This document shows, one piece after another, positions 10,030 to 22,300 of a stretch of DNA of 52,513 nucleotides. This stretch comes from a virus (Duplodnaviria > Caudoviricetes), in IMG/VR virus record IMGVR_UViG_3300025151_000049, positions 1 to 52,513 of that record. The stretch is one strand, 5' to 3'. Made by a program: the position numbers and the translations under genes. The notes under the pieces were generated by a model. It ran no database searches. It worked only from the letters and a program-made list of their open reading frames with translations, and was not told where the DNA came from. Within the stretch, counting starts at the first letter, position 1. The number at the start of each line of letters is the position of its first letter.

Positions 10030-11052
10030 ATGTCAGATTATAGTAAATATTTTACAGGGGACAGATACGAAGGTGGATTAGGTATTAATGCAACCGAAGA
10101 AAATTTAATGAGTTTTCTTGGTACACAAATGCTAGAAGGTCGATATGCAGATTATTATGATTCTTACAATCCTACTATGTTTGGAGAATCTTTAACTGGA
10201 GACATGTTAGTATCAGGAGGGCAAACAAGAGATGAAATAGCAGCAATATTTAACGATTATGGATATGCGGGTGGTGAAGGTCGACTTGGTTCTGTAATAG
10301 GAGCTTCAATGAATGCTTTTGAAAGAGAAACAGGTATAAAAATAAGTAAAAATGAATCATCAAATTTTTCAGATTCTGCTTCACAACAATATTTAGAATG
10401 GCTAAAAGGATGGATGGAAGAAAGTGGTCTAGATTATAATTATAATATTGTTAAAAATTTTTTTACTACTTACGGTGGAAGTCCTAAACAGTTTTATGAA
10501 GATAGAACTAAAGATACCATAACTGCGGGGTCTGCCTTTATAAGTACTGAAAATATGGGGGAAGGAATTAATCCAGGATATGGTTTATATGCAGCAAGTG
10601 AGTATAGTGGTATAGATTTCGATAAAGGACCAGATTATGATCCTAAATTATTTACTACTTTTGCAGATTATAAAAGAGATGTTTTTAACAGAGGTACTAC
10701 TATAGATACTTTAGGCTCTAAATATGAATCAAGCTTACAAGACTTATCTGATCTTGGAACAGAATATGGCAAAACTATGGGTCAGCAAAATATACAATTT
10801 GGAAGAACAGGATTTTCAGGGTCTGGTATAGATACTAGATCTAGAGCAGAAATGCGAGATTTTTATTCAACTGGATATAAAAAAGGTGAAAGTATAGCAG
10901 GTGAAGATTTTAGAGCAATAGGTAGAGAATTAGAAGGATATGCAACTACAGACCAAACATTTACTGATTCTTATTTAGAAAGTATTTTTGGAGCAGGATC
11001 TGCATATGATACTTATATAACAAGTTTAGATGAATATGCTTCAGGAGAATAA
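10030..11052 (+). CDS. Putative internal virion protein
   Basis: 340-aa acidic ORF with GRTGFSGSG; tightly packed in the ejection block. Confidence 0.4.
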   Translation: MSDYSKYFTGDRYEGGLGINATEENLMSFLGTQMLEGRYADYYDSYNPTMFGESLTGDMLVSGGQTRDEIAAIFNDYGYAGGEGRLGSVIGASMNAFERETGIKISKNESSNFSDSASQQYLEWLKGWMEESGLDYNYNIVKNFFTTYGGSPKQFYEDRTKDTITAGSAFISTENMGEGINPGYGLYAASEYSGIDFDKGPDYDPKLFTTFADYKRDVFNRGTTIDTLGSKYESSLQDLSDLGTEYGKTMGQQNIQFGRTGFSGSGIDTRSRAEMRDFYSTGYKKGESIAGEDFRAIGRELEGYATTDQTFTDSYLESIFGAGSAYDTYITSLDEYASGE

Positions 11053-11054
11053 TA

Positions 11055-12374
11055 ATGGCTGAACAAATAGAAGGAAATATATGGGTTGAATTAGATAGAT
11101 TGTCTAGAGAACATTTATCTAAATCAGCTTTATTAGCTCAATCGGCACAAATACAAGACGAACAGTTTGTTTTACAATCAGAAATAGCTGCTGCAGAAAA
11201 AGAATTAGATAGACAACATGAAAAGAATGTTCAGGCTCTTGAAGTTAGTAGAGTTCTTTATGATCAAAAGTATACTACATTGCAAACTAAAAAAAGTGAG
11301 CTAAATAAAAAAGTAAATGAAAGTGAAGTGAATAAACTTGCTTTTAGTATGCTAAAAGGTAAAGATAGTTCTGATACAGATGCTACTGCATTTAGTATTG
11401 TAGATGCTTACAAATCAAATTCTATAGATGCTATTGATACTGAAATTAAAAATTTAAATAATGAAATTATAACTATACAAACTCAAATGGATAGCTTAAA
11501 TGACGAAATCACAAAAGTTAACTTAGGTTCTGAGCAATTAAAAAGTTTAGCTTTAATGGTAGAACCATCAGAAGGTTACTATACTCCAGATGATATAAGT
11601 TCATTAATTACTGAAATACCTAATATAGATGGAAAGCAGATTACTTCTACAGATTTAAGTAACGCAATATCAGAATACGGTAATAAAACATTATCTCCAG
11701 ATAATATAGGATTATATGATTTCACAAAAGATGGTGTATTAGATAAAAATGATGCACTTTATTTTAATGCTTTAACAGATTTAACTGAGCAATTTCCAGA
11801 TGATAGCACTAAAGTAGGTAATGATGCTTTAGATGTTTTAAGTGATTTAACATTTACAACGAGTGGATTAGAAACTTTAAATAAAAGTTTAAGAACAGAA
11901 CAATTGTTATCTGGTAGTTCTAAAATGCTTACTTATAATTTAACAAAAACAACAGAAGCTAGAGATAAAGCTTATGGCGGTATTATGAATGTTTTAATTG
12001 ATGTTGATGAAGATGGTGCAACAAGTATTAATTCTAATTTAAGAATAATGTATAATCAACATTTAGGAGAACAAGGCTTAAATACTACTAGCTTAAGAGA
12101 GAAACCTCTTGCAGATTTTGAGAATGTAATTAATTATTTAAGTTCAGCAAGAGATGGTCAAGATATGTTAGAAAGATTAGAAGAGATGAGCATGAGTCAG
12201 CCTAGTATAATAGAGTTTTTAAAATCTAAAATTCCTAGTCTAGGAAAAAGTGTTTATGACTTATCAAGATTTACTGATGAGTTAAACGCTTTAGAAGGCA
12301 ATACACAAGAAGTGAGATATGAGCAAAATGAATCTGATGGTTTAAGTGAAATAGATAGAATATTAGGATTGTAA
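11055..12374 (+). CDS. Putative internal virion protein, coiled-coil, with an EF-hand-like loop
   Basis: Heptad-like N-half (IDTEIKNLNNEIITIQTQMDSLNDEITKV); DFTKDGVLDKND loop. Confidence 0.4.
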   Translation: MAEQIEGNIWVELDRLSREHLSKSALLAQSAQIQDEQFVLQSEIAAAEKELDRQHEKNVQALEVSRVLYDQKYTTLQTKKSELNKKVNESEVNKLAFSMLKGKDSSDTDATAFSIVDAYKSNSIDAIDTEIKNLNNEIITIQTQMDSLNDEITKVNLGSEQLKSLALMVEPSEGYYTPDDISSLITEIPNIDGKQITSTDLSNAISEYGNKTLSPDNIGLYDFTKDGVLDKNDALYFNALTDLTEQFPDDSTKVGNDALDVLSDLTFTTSGLETLNKSLRTEQLLSGSSKMLTYNLTKTTEARDKAYGGIMNVLIDVDEDGATSINSNLRIMYNQHLGEQGLNTTSLREKPLADFENVINYLSSARDGQDMLERLEEMSMSQPSIIEFLKSKIPSLGKSVYDLSRFTDELNALEGNTQEVRYEQNESDGLSEIDRILGL

Positions 12375-13312
12375 TGGAAGAGTATGATTTTAATTTAGAT
12401 GTAGCATCAATGTATATGATGTATGATGATCCAGAAACTTCTGATCAGGCAAAAATTATATATGAAAAATTGAACAAGTTATTGCCTATAGTTCAAAAAT
12501 TAAGTGGCTTGGGTAAAATGGCTAATGAAGAAAGTTATAATGCTGCTATCGATAAAATAGAAAATAACTTAATACCAGGTCAAAAAGTAGACATATCTGG
12601 TATTCAAGAATACTATAATCATGAAGGAATGCCTTTTCTATATGATGACCAACTAACTAACAGTGAAGAAAAAGAACAAAGATTAGAATCTTTAAGAAAT
12701 TACTCTATGTGGGAAGCTGGCAGTATAGAGCTTGGCATAAAAGCTTTAAATGAAAATCTTGACAATATTAGTTCTGTTATGGCAAAAGATAAAAATAAAG
12801 AACACTATTTTGGTCAACCATATGCTCATTTCTTCTTACCAGGACTTGAAAATCCTGAAATAGCTGATGAATTAGAAGAAACTGAAGAAGGTAAAGGAGT
12901 TTATAGTATTGTAACTAAATCATTGATAAGTGGTGATAGAACTGAAATGCAAGAGAATAGAATAAAATCTAATAAAAGCTTTGGTGATAAATATGGATTA
13001 TCTAATCAAGATTGGGAAGATTATTATAAAGGGTCAAGAGATTATGCTTCTGATGAAATAGTAGCATCTTTTGGAACTGATATAGATATAGATAGAGTAA
13101 TACCTAATAATGATGATTTATTAAAATTAAATAATGAATTAGATATATACATGACTCAATCTGCTCATGGTAAGAATTACGATAATTTAAAAATTATTGA
13201 TAAAAATTTAGAAAATTATAATACTGAACATTCAGAAATAACTGAAAGATTAAATAATTTAAACAATCTAAATACATATATAAGAAAACAACTAGAATTT
13301 ATAGGGGACTAA
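12374..13312 (+). CDS. Hypothetical acidic protein (ejection block)
   Basis: 312-aa ORF coupled to both neighbours. Confidence 0.4.
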   Translation: MEEYDFNLDVASMYMMYDDPETSDQAKIIYEKLNKLLPIVQKLSGLGKMANEESYNAAIDKIENNLIPGQKVDISGIQEYYNHEGMPFLYDDQLTNSEEKEQRLESLRNYSMWEAGSIELGIKALNENLDNISSVMAKDKNKEHYFGQPYAHFFLPGLENPEIADELEETEEGKGVYSIVTKSLISGDRTEMQENRIKSNKSFGDKYGLSNQDWEDYYKGSRDYASDEIVASFGTDIDIDRVIPNNDDLLKLNNELDIYMTQSAHGKNYDNLKIIDKNLENYNTEHSEITERLNNLNNLNTYIRKQLEFIGD

Positions 13313-16300
13313 ATGGGTTTAAGTTTTGAACAAACTACTAGAAATAATTTATTTGATAGTGGTATTGGCAACTCAGACGGGAAAACACCAGATTATTTAT
13401 CTACTTTCGCAAAAGAAGATTTTTCTAATAAAATACATGCTAATAGAAGTAAAAGAGAAGACACAGGTTCTTTAACTGATGCCTTTATTGGATTTACAGC
13501 TGGTGGAATAGAAAGTTTTAGTTTTGGCGCAATAAGGCCTGATGATTATTTTGGTTATTCTGAAGATGAGCAAACATTAGCTTATAGATTAGGTAAAGGA
13601 GCTGGTACTGCAGCATCTATGGTTGCTCCTATAGGTCCATTTGGATTAATAGCAAGAGGTGGTAATGCTGCAATTAGAGCAACTAAAGGTAGTACTGCAA
13701 TTGCTAAAGAAGCTATTAAACAAACATCTAAAAAATTTGCAACAGGTTCTTTAACTACTAATGTTATAAACAAAGAGCTTAAAAAACAACTTCTAAAAAA
13801 TGACGCATCTAAAAGATATTTAACACAACATGGTATAAATGCTGAAGAATTAGCAAAAAATAATAAGTTATTACAAGATAATCTAGCTGCAAGTTTAAAA
13901 GCTGGTTTTGAAAAAAGTGGTCAACAAGTTAGTGATAGAGTAGTAACTAGAATTACTAGAGATATTGCTGATCAATTGCGTAAACCAGGAGTTCATTTAA
14001 ATACTATAGAAGATTATGTTCAAAGCCTAACAGGTAGTTCAGGATTTGCTGGTAAGTTTGCAGGTATGGCAGCACAAGATTTTTATGTATTTATGATGCA
14101 TAATACAATAACAAGTGGTATAGGATCTTTTATCCATGGAGATGAAATAGGGACTATGTCAGATATTGGAAAAAGAATTGCTGGTAATTTAGCATTATCT
14201 GGAGCCTTTCCTTTAATAAGAGCGATTCCTGGAGGAGGGAAATATACTCTTAGACAAGGAGCTGATTTATTTAAAACAAAAACTGGTCTTAATACATTTA
14301 GAAATAACTTTATGAGACAAGATTATAAAAAGCTAGTATCCACAAAACAGGGTGAGGAAGATGCTAGAGGATTAATTGCTATGATGTTAAAAGGATCAGA
14401 TTTAAATGCTAGAAATTATAGTTTATTAGGAGGCTATAAGTATAAGGTTACTAATGCTGATAAAACAACTAAAGAAATTGGTATAAATACTATATTAAAT
14501 AACTTAGCTGATCCTAAAAGAATGCCTAAAGAGCAAGTTGTTCAGATTTTAAATCAAATGAGAAAACATTCTGATAAAGCATTTAATAAATGGGGGGCAG
14601 GTTATTTAGCAGAAATGGCTAATGTAGGTCAATTAAGTAGAATGGTATTAGGTATGTTTGCTATGAATGCTGAAACATGGGCTTATGGAGGCTTTGAAGG
14701 GTTAACTATACCTGAAACATTCCAACATCTTGCTATTGGTGCAATGATGGCTAAAAGTAGAGGATTATGGGATAAAGATAATGTAAGTAATTGGGCTAGA
14801 GATTTATCTAACTATAAAGAACTTTCTTATAGATTAAATATGGATACTTCAAACTTACATCAATTAGTAAAAGCTTATAATAAAAATACAAAAATTGGGG
14901 AAACATTTGGTATCTCAATGAAAAATACTGCTGTAGGTAGTGGTATATATGATATAGTATATGCAGATAATGCAAAAAATGATCAAACATATACAGATGT
15001 AGCTGATGGGTTAGTACCTCCAGAAAAGGTAGAGTATGTAAATCAAATGATACAGGTTGCACAAACTATGAAGTCAGGAGTAGTAAGAGATCCTTCTTTA
15101 ATTGACAATATAGATGTTAGAAGATTATCTAAAGCACGTATAGAAGAACTTTATGATAACTTTAGAGAATTAGAATTTAAAGATGGCTCTTCATTAAAAG
15201 ACTTTAGTGCTCCTGATGTATTTTCTCATTTACAAATAGAAGCTTCTGAAGGTATTGGAAATAAATTTAAAGCTTATTTATTAGATGTTGCAGAAGCAAC
15301 AGGTTATCCTTTAGTTTATAATGAAACATCTGATAAGTTAGAAGTGTTTCCAGTAGAGTTTTCTGCAGATGATTTTAGTGTAAATGGACAATATCAACAC
15401 AATTTATTAAAGTTTAATGATTTTATACTTAATCTAGAAAGTCATGGGTTAATTACTAGAAAAAGTAACACAGAATTTAAACAATCTTATTTTGTTAAAG
15501 ATAATAAAGTTGTAAGAGAATCTGTAGATAATGTAGATGTAGCTTCTAAATTAGAAGATATTACAGAAGGTTATATTAATAATATAGTAAAAGGTGCATT
15601 AGGTCAAAATAATGCTTATTTTGATATATTATCGCATGATAATCCTATGTTAAAACAATGGTTATCTGGTAATGCTGCTAAAAATAGAGATAGAATATAT
15701 AAAATTTCACAAGGTAGAACTACAGGTGATGATAGATTTGCTACTCCAGAACAACAGTTTATAGATGTTGTTGGTAATGTTTTTAGATTAAATAATCAAA
15801 GAGCAACTGGTCCTATAGATGATATTGATAAAGGAGCTTTTATTGCAAGGCCTCCTAAAATTATAGCAGATGAAACTACTAGTGACAAGGAAAGTAAATC
15901 TCCAGCTTATATTGATAAAGTTGATAATACTCAATTAAAATTAAATAATATTTATGAAGTTATGAGAGCTGGTCATACTGGAAGAATAGAACAAAGTGGA
16001 CAACAGCATAAAATACCATTAAAAGATGCAGAAGCATTTGTAGAAATGTATGAAAATTTGGGATTACACCAACCTTCTGATCCTTTGTATGACTTTGGTT
16101 ATTATAATGATTTGCAAAATTATGTTGCTAGAAGAGCTTTGGCTGCTCAAAACTTTAATAGTGAATCTTTAGCTATTGTAGTTGCTGCAAGAGATAATGG
16201 TTTATTTGATTTAGAAAACCAAACTATAATGTCTCCTAAAGCTGTTGCAGATGCGCTTATAGCAAATAATGAATTTTCTGCAAACGATCCTGAATATAGA

Positions 16301-19300
16301 GCATTAGTAGAAAAATATGAATATATATTTAATAAGATTTCAAATCATCCTTCTATAAAAATTAGTGATGATTTAATGATTGGAATGAATAATGAATTAA
16401 TATCTGCTAAATCTATTGAAAGTATATTTAATGTTACTCAAAAAGGGTTATCTGGAAAGATATTTAAAGACGTAAATGATGCTATAAATAATATAAAATC
16501 TTCTTTAAAAACAGAAGAATTGGCTGAAATAGGTGCAGAAATTATAAGGTTAACTGAAGATGTTACCACTTATATAGATCAATTAGCTATGACAGGTGCA
16601 CAAGCTGGTGATCCTACTATACAGAAAGCATTAGTTGATTTTCAAGATGGGTATACAATATTATTAGAAAATATTAATAATAAGGTTGCTGGATCTCAAG
16701 TTGTAAAAGCTGAAATTAGTAAGATGGTTAATGAGCTTACTCTAATTCAAAAAGTGTATAATGAAAATCCTGCTATTGCTGGTCAAAATAAATATAACCC
16801 TGCAACGTTATTAACTATGGGTGAGTCTATTCAGCGTGTATTATTAAATGAAAAAGAAAATCAAATACAAGCTGTTGAAACATTAGAAAGAATTGCAAGT
16901 TTAAAGAATCATGCTTTAGGAGGAGGAGAGTTATTAAAATTACATTCTATGTTATTACGTAAATTATCTGTTGATTTAAATAGACCAGAAATGGTTACTA
17001 CGATGAGTGTTAATGAAGCTATTGCAGAGTATACAAATAATAAAAGTTTTGAAAATTTAAACAACGTTGTAAAACTTGTTCAAAGTGTAGCTGCACAGAG
17101 ACAAAGCATGAAACAGTTTGAAAGAGATATTACTGAGAATGCAAGTAAGTTAGAAGATATTGTAAAGGATAAAGCTCATAATAGAAATGATACTCCTATG
17201 CATATTATTAGAAAGTTTAATTTACATGATACTGAAAATCCAAATCAACTATCAATGCAATTTATTGAAATGTTAAATGATTATGTAAATGTTCCAAATC
17301 CAGAAAATGAAAATAAACTAAATCAATTTATTGTTGACAGAGTATCAGCTATTTATGGAGCTCCAGGAAGTAAAGACTTTAATTCAGCTTATTCTGAACT
17401 TATGGTACAATGGCCTGTATTATCTAAACAGTTTGCTAGTATGAATCATATAACTACAGAGTATACTATAAATGGAAATAAAATAGACTATGACAATTCA
17501 ATGCCTGTTAGAAAAACTTTATTAGGTGTAGCGTCTGATTTTATACAATCTTTTAACTTTGAAGGATTAGGTTACATAAATAACAATATTACTAGAGACG
17601 GTAGAAAAGGTCTTTTAAAAGATTATAGTAAAGAAGATTTAGAAAATATTGTCAATAATACACCTGTTATAGATAAAATGCTTGCTGATAGACTTTTAAA
17701 CAACCCTGAAGATGCTGAGTTTATAGTCTCTGAAAGTCAAGAAACTGGAAATAAAAGCAGAGAATCTAATTTTATATTTGATGGAATAAATAAAATGGTA
17801 TTAGATGTTCATGCAGGTAACCCACTTTTAATACCTATAAGTGATAATAATATAAAATCTATAAATGATAAATTTGAAGTTTGGTATGATAATAAATTAG
17901 AAAGATTAGATGTATTATCTGATACAGCTACTAAGAGAAACTTTGTAAAAAGTGTAGAATCATTAGTTTCTAAATTAGGAAGTGAAAATGCACAAGCTAA
18001 AATGATTTTAATGTCTTTAGATGTTGTTAATTCTGCTGGTTTTGATAAAATATTTAGTCCAGAAATGTTTCCAACAAATGATATTACTAATCAAAGATAC
18101 ATGGCTCATGCAGATAAATTATTAAAAATAAGTAAACAATCTGATAATACTAATTATGTAAAATTTGCAAATAAAGACTTAGATGGTTTGACAAATTTAA
18201 GAGGCATTGATCCAGAGCTTTCTAGAATATCTTCTAAGTTTAAATCAAATGGTATAAAAATACAATTGATTACTGATGAAGATATGGGTAGGTTAAAAGA
18301 AAATCTTAATTATCCTACAAGTAATAGAAAACAAGTTTTTGACATGTATAATGAGATTGTTACAAATAAAGATAATAAATATTCTGAAGATCATGTAAAT
18401 GCTGCAAAAGAAACTCTAGCAGAGCTTGAAGCTATGGGACCAGAATCAAGTCTAGCAAGTTCTATACTAGATGGTAGTGGAATTATTATAGACCCTGATT
18501 TTTCTTACTTTAATGGATCTATTCATGGTGATAAAAACTTAAAAGCTTTTAAAAATAACATATCATATAGTAGTGAATTTTTAGGTTCTGCAACAGGACA
18601 TCAAGGTATTATAAGTAAATTCTTTTTACATGAAAATCCAATGATTTCTAATGATAAGTCTTTATATAAGCTAAGAAAAGCTGGTGTTACAATTGTAATG
18701 GGAGAAAGTAGTGCAAAAGCTTTTTATGGATTAGATAGAAATGGTGGTAAGATTATACCATATGAATTAGATCAAAATAAGAACTTTATAGAAAATTTAG
18801 CAAGTATTCCTGCTGACAATATGCGAGGTGTAATGGAAATTCCTTTTGAATCTATGGGATTTGGTTATGCTGCTAAACCAGGAGAACAAGTAATACTTCC
18901 TCATAGTGTTACTGATTTTATGAATGCAAATCAAATATATAAATATAGAACACAACAAGCTCTTCTTGAAAATATTAGAAAATTAAACTCTGCTAAAAGT
19001 AATTTAGAAAGATTTGAAGATGAGACTCAAGCTTTAGTTTTATTTGATAGAGCAGTAGAACAAACTGGATATGATTTTTCAGCAGGAGAATTAGGTCTTG
19101 CTCAAATGGCTTTAAAATCAGGTATCTTTAGTCATCATAACCCTATTATAAGAAAAGGAGTTATGAATTTATTTAATGGATTAGTGTTTGATAAAATAAG
19201 AAGACCTTTAACTAATAGAGGGCAAGATACATATATTATCCCAGATGCTTATTCAGAACATCCTTCTCCTACATTTAGAACAGTTTATGAAAATACTCCT

Positions 19301-22300
19301 ATATCAAAAACTAGTGATGTTAAAAATAGAAAAGTATTTAGAGTTGTTAATAATTTTGGCTATACTTCTATAGCTGATAGAATGGGCAAAACTCCAATAA
19401 GAAGTATGAATGATTTAGATTTTGTAGCTAATATAAATGGTAGAGACATTATATTTAGATATGATGGTAAAAATTTACAAATTATAGATCATATTTCTGA
19501 TATGGCTAAAGCTCATAAAGGTAAAGGGTATTATTTTGGTGGTGATATAACCCCTCAAAAACCATTAGATGATTATTCCTTATCTAAAAGTGAATTAGAA
19601 TCTCTAGAATTATTTGTAAAATCATACGATTCAGCTATATTTAAGAGTGACAATATTGATTATAACACATTAACATTAAAAGGTATGGTAGATTTATTAT
19701 CTAAAGGAACTTATGATATATCTGATGCAAACAACAAAATAAAAACTATTGATTTATCAAAAAATCCTTTAATGTATATAGCAAAAAAATATGATATTGG
19801 ACTTGGTGTACAGTCTTTAGCTATTCCTAAGAAAAGTTTTGATTTAGGTTTTAACAGAATTAAATCAGTTTTATCAGAAGACTTTGGGAACTTATCTATA
19901 ATAAATGCTCATGACTTAAGAATTATGCATCAAAGAGATTTTGATGGAGACCATTTATATCAGTATAGTGGTAATGAATTTGAAGTTTTAAGATATGCAG
20001 TTGCAAGAATGGGAGTTATTGAGGATTATGATATTCTTCCTAGAACACCTCAAAAATCGAATATTTTAGGATTTGATAAGAATGGTACAGTTGGAGCTGT
20101 TCCTTCTGAAATGGGCATGACAAACCTCAAAAAGGGTGTTTTTGCAAATCAATATGGCATTGGAGAGACTGTAACTCTTAAAAATCTAACTAATATGGCT
20201 AGAAATATTGGTATAGAATTTAACCATAAAGATGGTACAATAAGTGAATTTAGAGAAATAGGGGCAGTAGATGGTATAAATCGCTTATTTACTGATCCTG
20301 AATTTTTAGCAGCTAAAGCAATGGCTGTGCTAAATCAAAATGAAGTAGATTATTGGGGTGGAAAACACGCATTAGCAGAAATAGTAAAAGAAGCTATATT
20401 AACTGGAGATGTTCCTAAAAAGTTAAAAGACCAACTTCCATTTGAGATAAAAGGTGTAATTAGTAATGCTGAAAAATTTAGACAAAGAAGTAATCAAAAT
20501 AATGTAAAATCAAATAGTATAAACGAGGCTAATTTATATAGAGATTCTAGAGATATTATATTAAATGCTTTAAAAAGAGCTTCAGCTATTATGAATAATC
20601 CATTTAATGAAGGTGGTCAATTTACACCAACAGATTGGTATTTAAAGAACTCATATAACGATTTAAGAGCATTCTTACAAAATCCTAATGAATACATTGT
20701 TAGAAGATTATTTTCTAAATATAGAGGTAATCGTTCTGTATTAAATGAAATAGTTAATATGTTCTATAATCCAAAAGCAAAGATTGGGTTAAATGAGCGT
20801 TCTTCTGCAGAATTTATTATTAACAATGCTAGAAAAGGTAATGTTCCATCTCCTGATAATAAATTAATAACATTTAAAAATGGTGTAAGAGGTAACAAGG
20901 GATATAAAAATGTTAAAGAATTAATGAGCATAGATAACTCAACATATTTATTAAATGAAGTTAATGATAAAGGATTAATAAGAGATAAAGATTACTATGG
21001 TGACATGTTAGAAACTAATGATTTAAGTTTATCTGATGTAGTTTCATTATCTGGGAATCTTTTAAATAGAGTTATGATGTATAAAGCTTATTTCCCTAAC
21101 TTAGAACCTCATAAAGCAATGAATCAGGATATGGCTACAGATGATTATTTTGATATGCAAATGCCTTTAAAAGTATCTGGAACTAAAAAACAGATGTCTT
21201 GGAAAGATGTAGAAGTTAGATCTGTCACTAAACATATTTTAGAAAAAGATGCTTCTAGACTAAGGGTAGAGATTGCTAAAATGAAAGGGCTTCCTGGTCG
21301 TGTAAATGAGTATGAAAAAACTGTATTAGAAACTAAATTAGGTGATATAGAATCTACATTAAAGGTTCTTGATGATATATCTGTAAAAAGTATTTTTGAT
21401 CAAAACAATATTACAGGCAAAAAACCAGAAGATAATATTTTTACTTCTTTTTATAAGAAAACAGGTAAACAAACTCACAGAGGTAAAGGAGTCTTTCATT
21501 TATATAGAGTAAAAGGATTATATTTAAATACTGATAGTGTTAAAAATCTAAACTTTAAACAACTAGAATATATAGATAAAATAAAGCCTGGAGATATGAC
21601 AACTTATTATAAGGGGTATACTTATATTAGAGTTAATAATCCTCTTCAAAGAAGATATATAGGAGATAATGAATCATTACATGCATTAGGATTGTTTGAT
21701 TATATTAATGCAACAACTCATGCAGAACAAGTTGTTAAGCGTCATGAAGTATCAGAGTTTTATGATAGTGTTTATGAAATGCATAAAATTATAAATGAAG
21801 ATTACCATCTAACTAGAAGAGCATTAAAAGATGAGCCTGCATCTAAAGCGGAAGCATTTGAGTGGGCTTCTAGAAGAGATAAAATGGAACTTGAATCGTG
21901 GTTAAATAGATGGAATAAAAAACCTGATAATATGGAAAACTTATCTGATGATCAATACAACGCAATTGTAAATAAAGATATTAAATTATTAAAGTTATTA
22001 ATTAAACCTTTACATGCATCTGGACAGTATGTTAGTGTAGATAATTTTGATTTACCATATTTATATATGAATAAACAAATACAAAAAGTAGCTTTAAATT
22101 ATTTAGTAGATGCAGAATATGTTGAAATGAGTAATGGGAAACCTATATTACCTCCTGAATTTGAAAAAATGTATGATCATCAAAGAATATATGTTAAAAC
22201 AAGTCAAAACATAAAAACTTCAGACCAAGATATGATTAGAATGGAAAAACATAGACAGTCAGCTATGCAAACTAAAGATACAGACTTTTTTAGATTAGGC

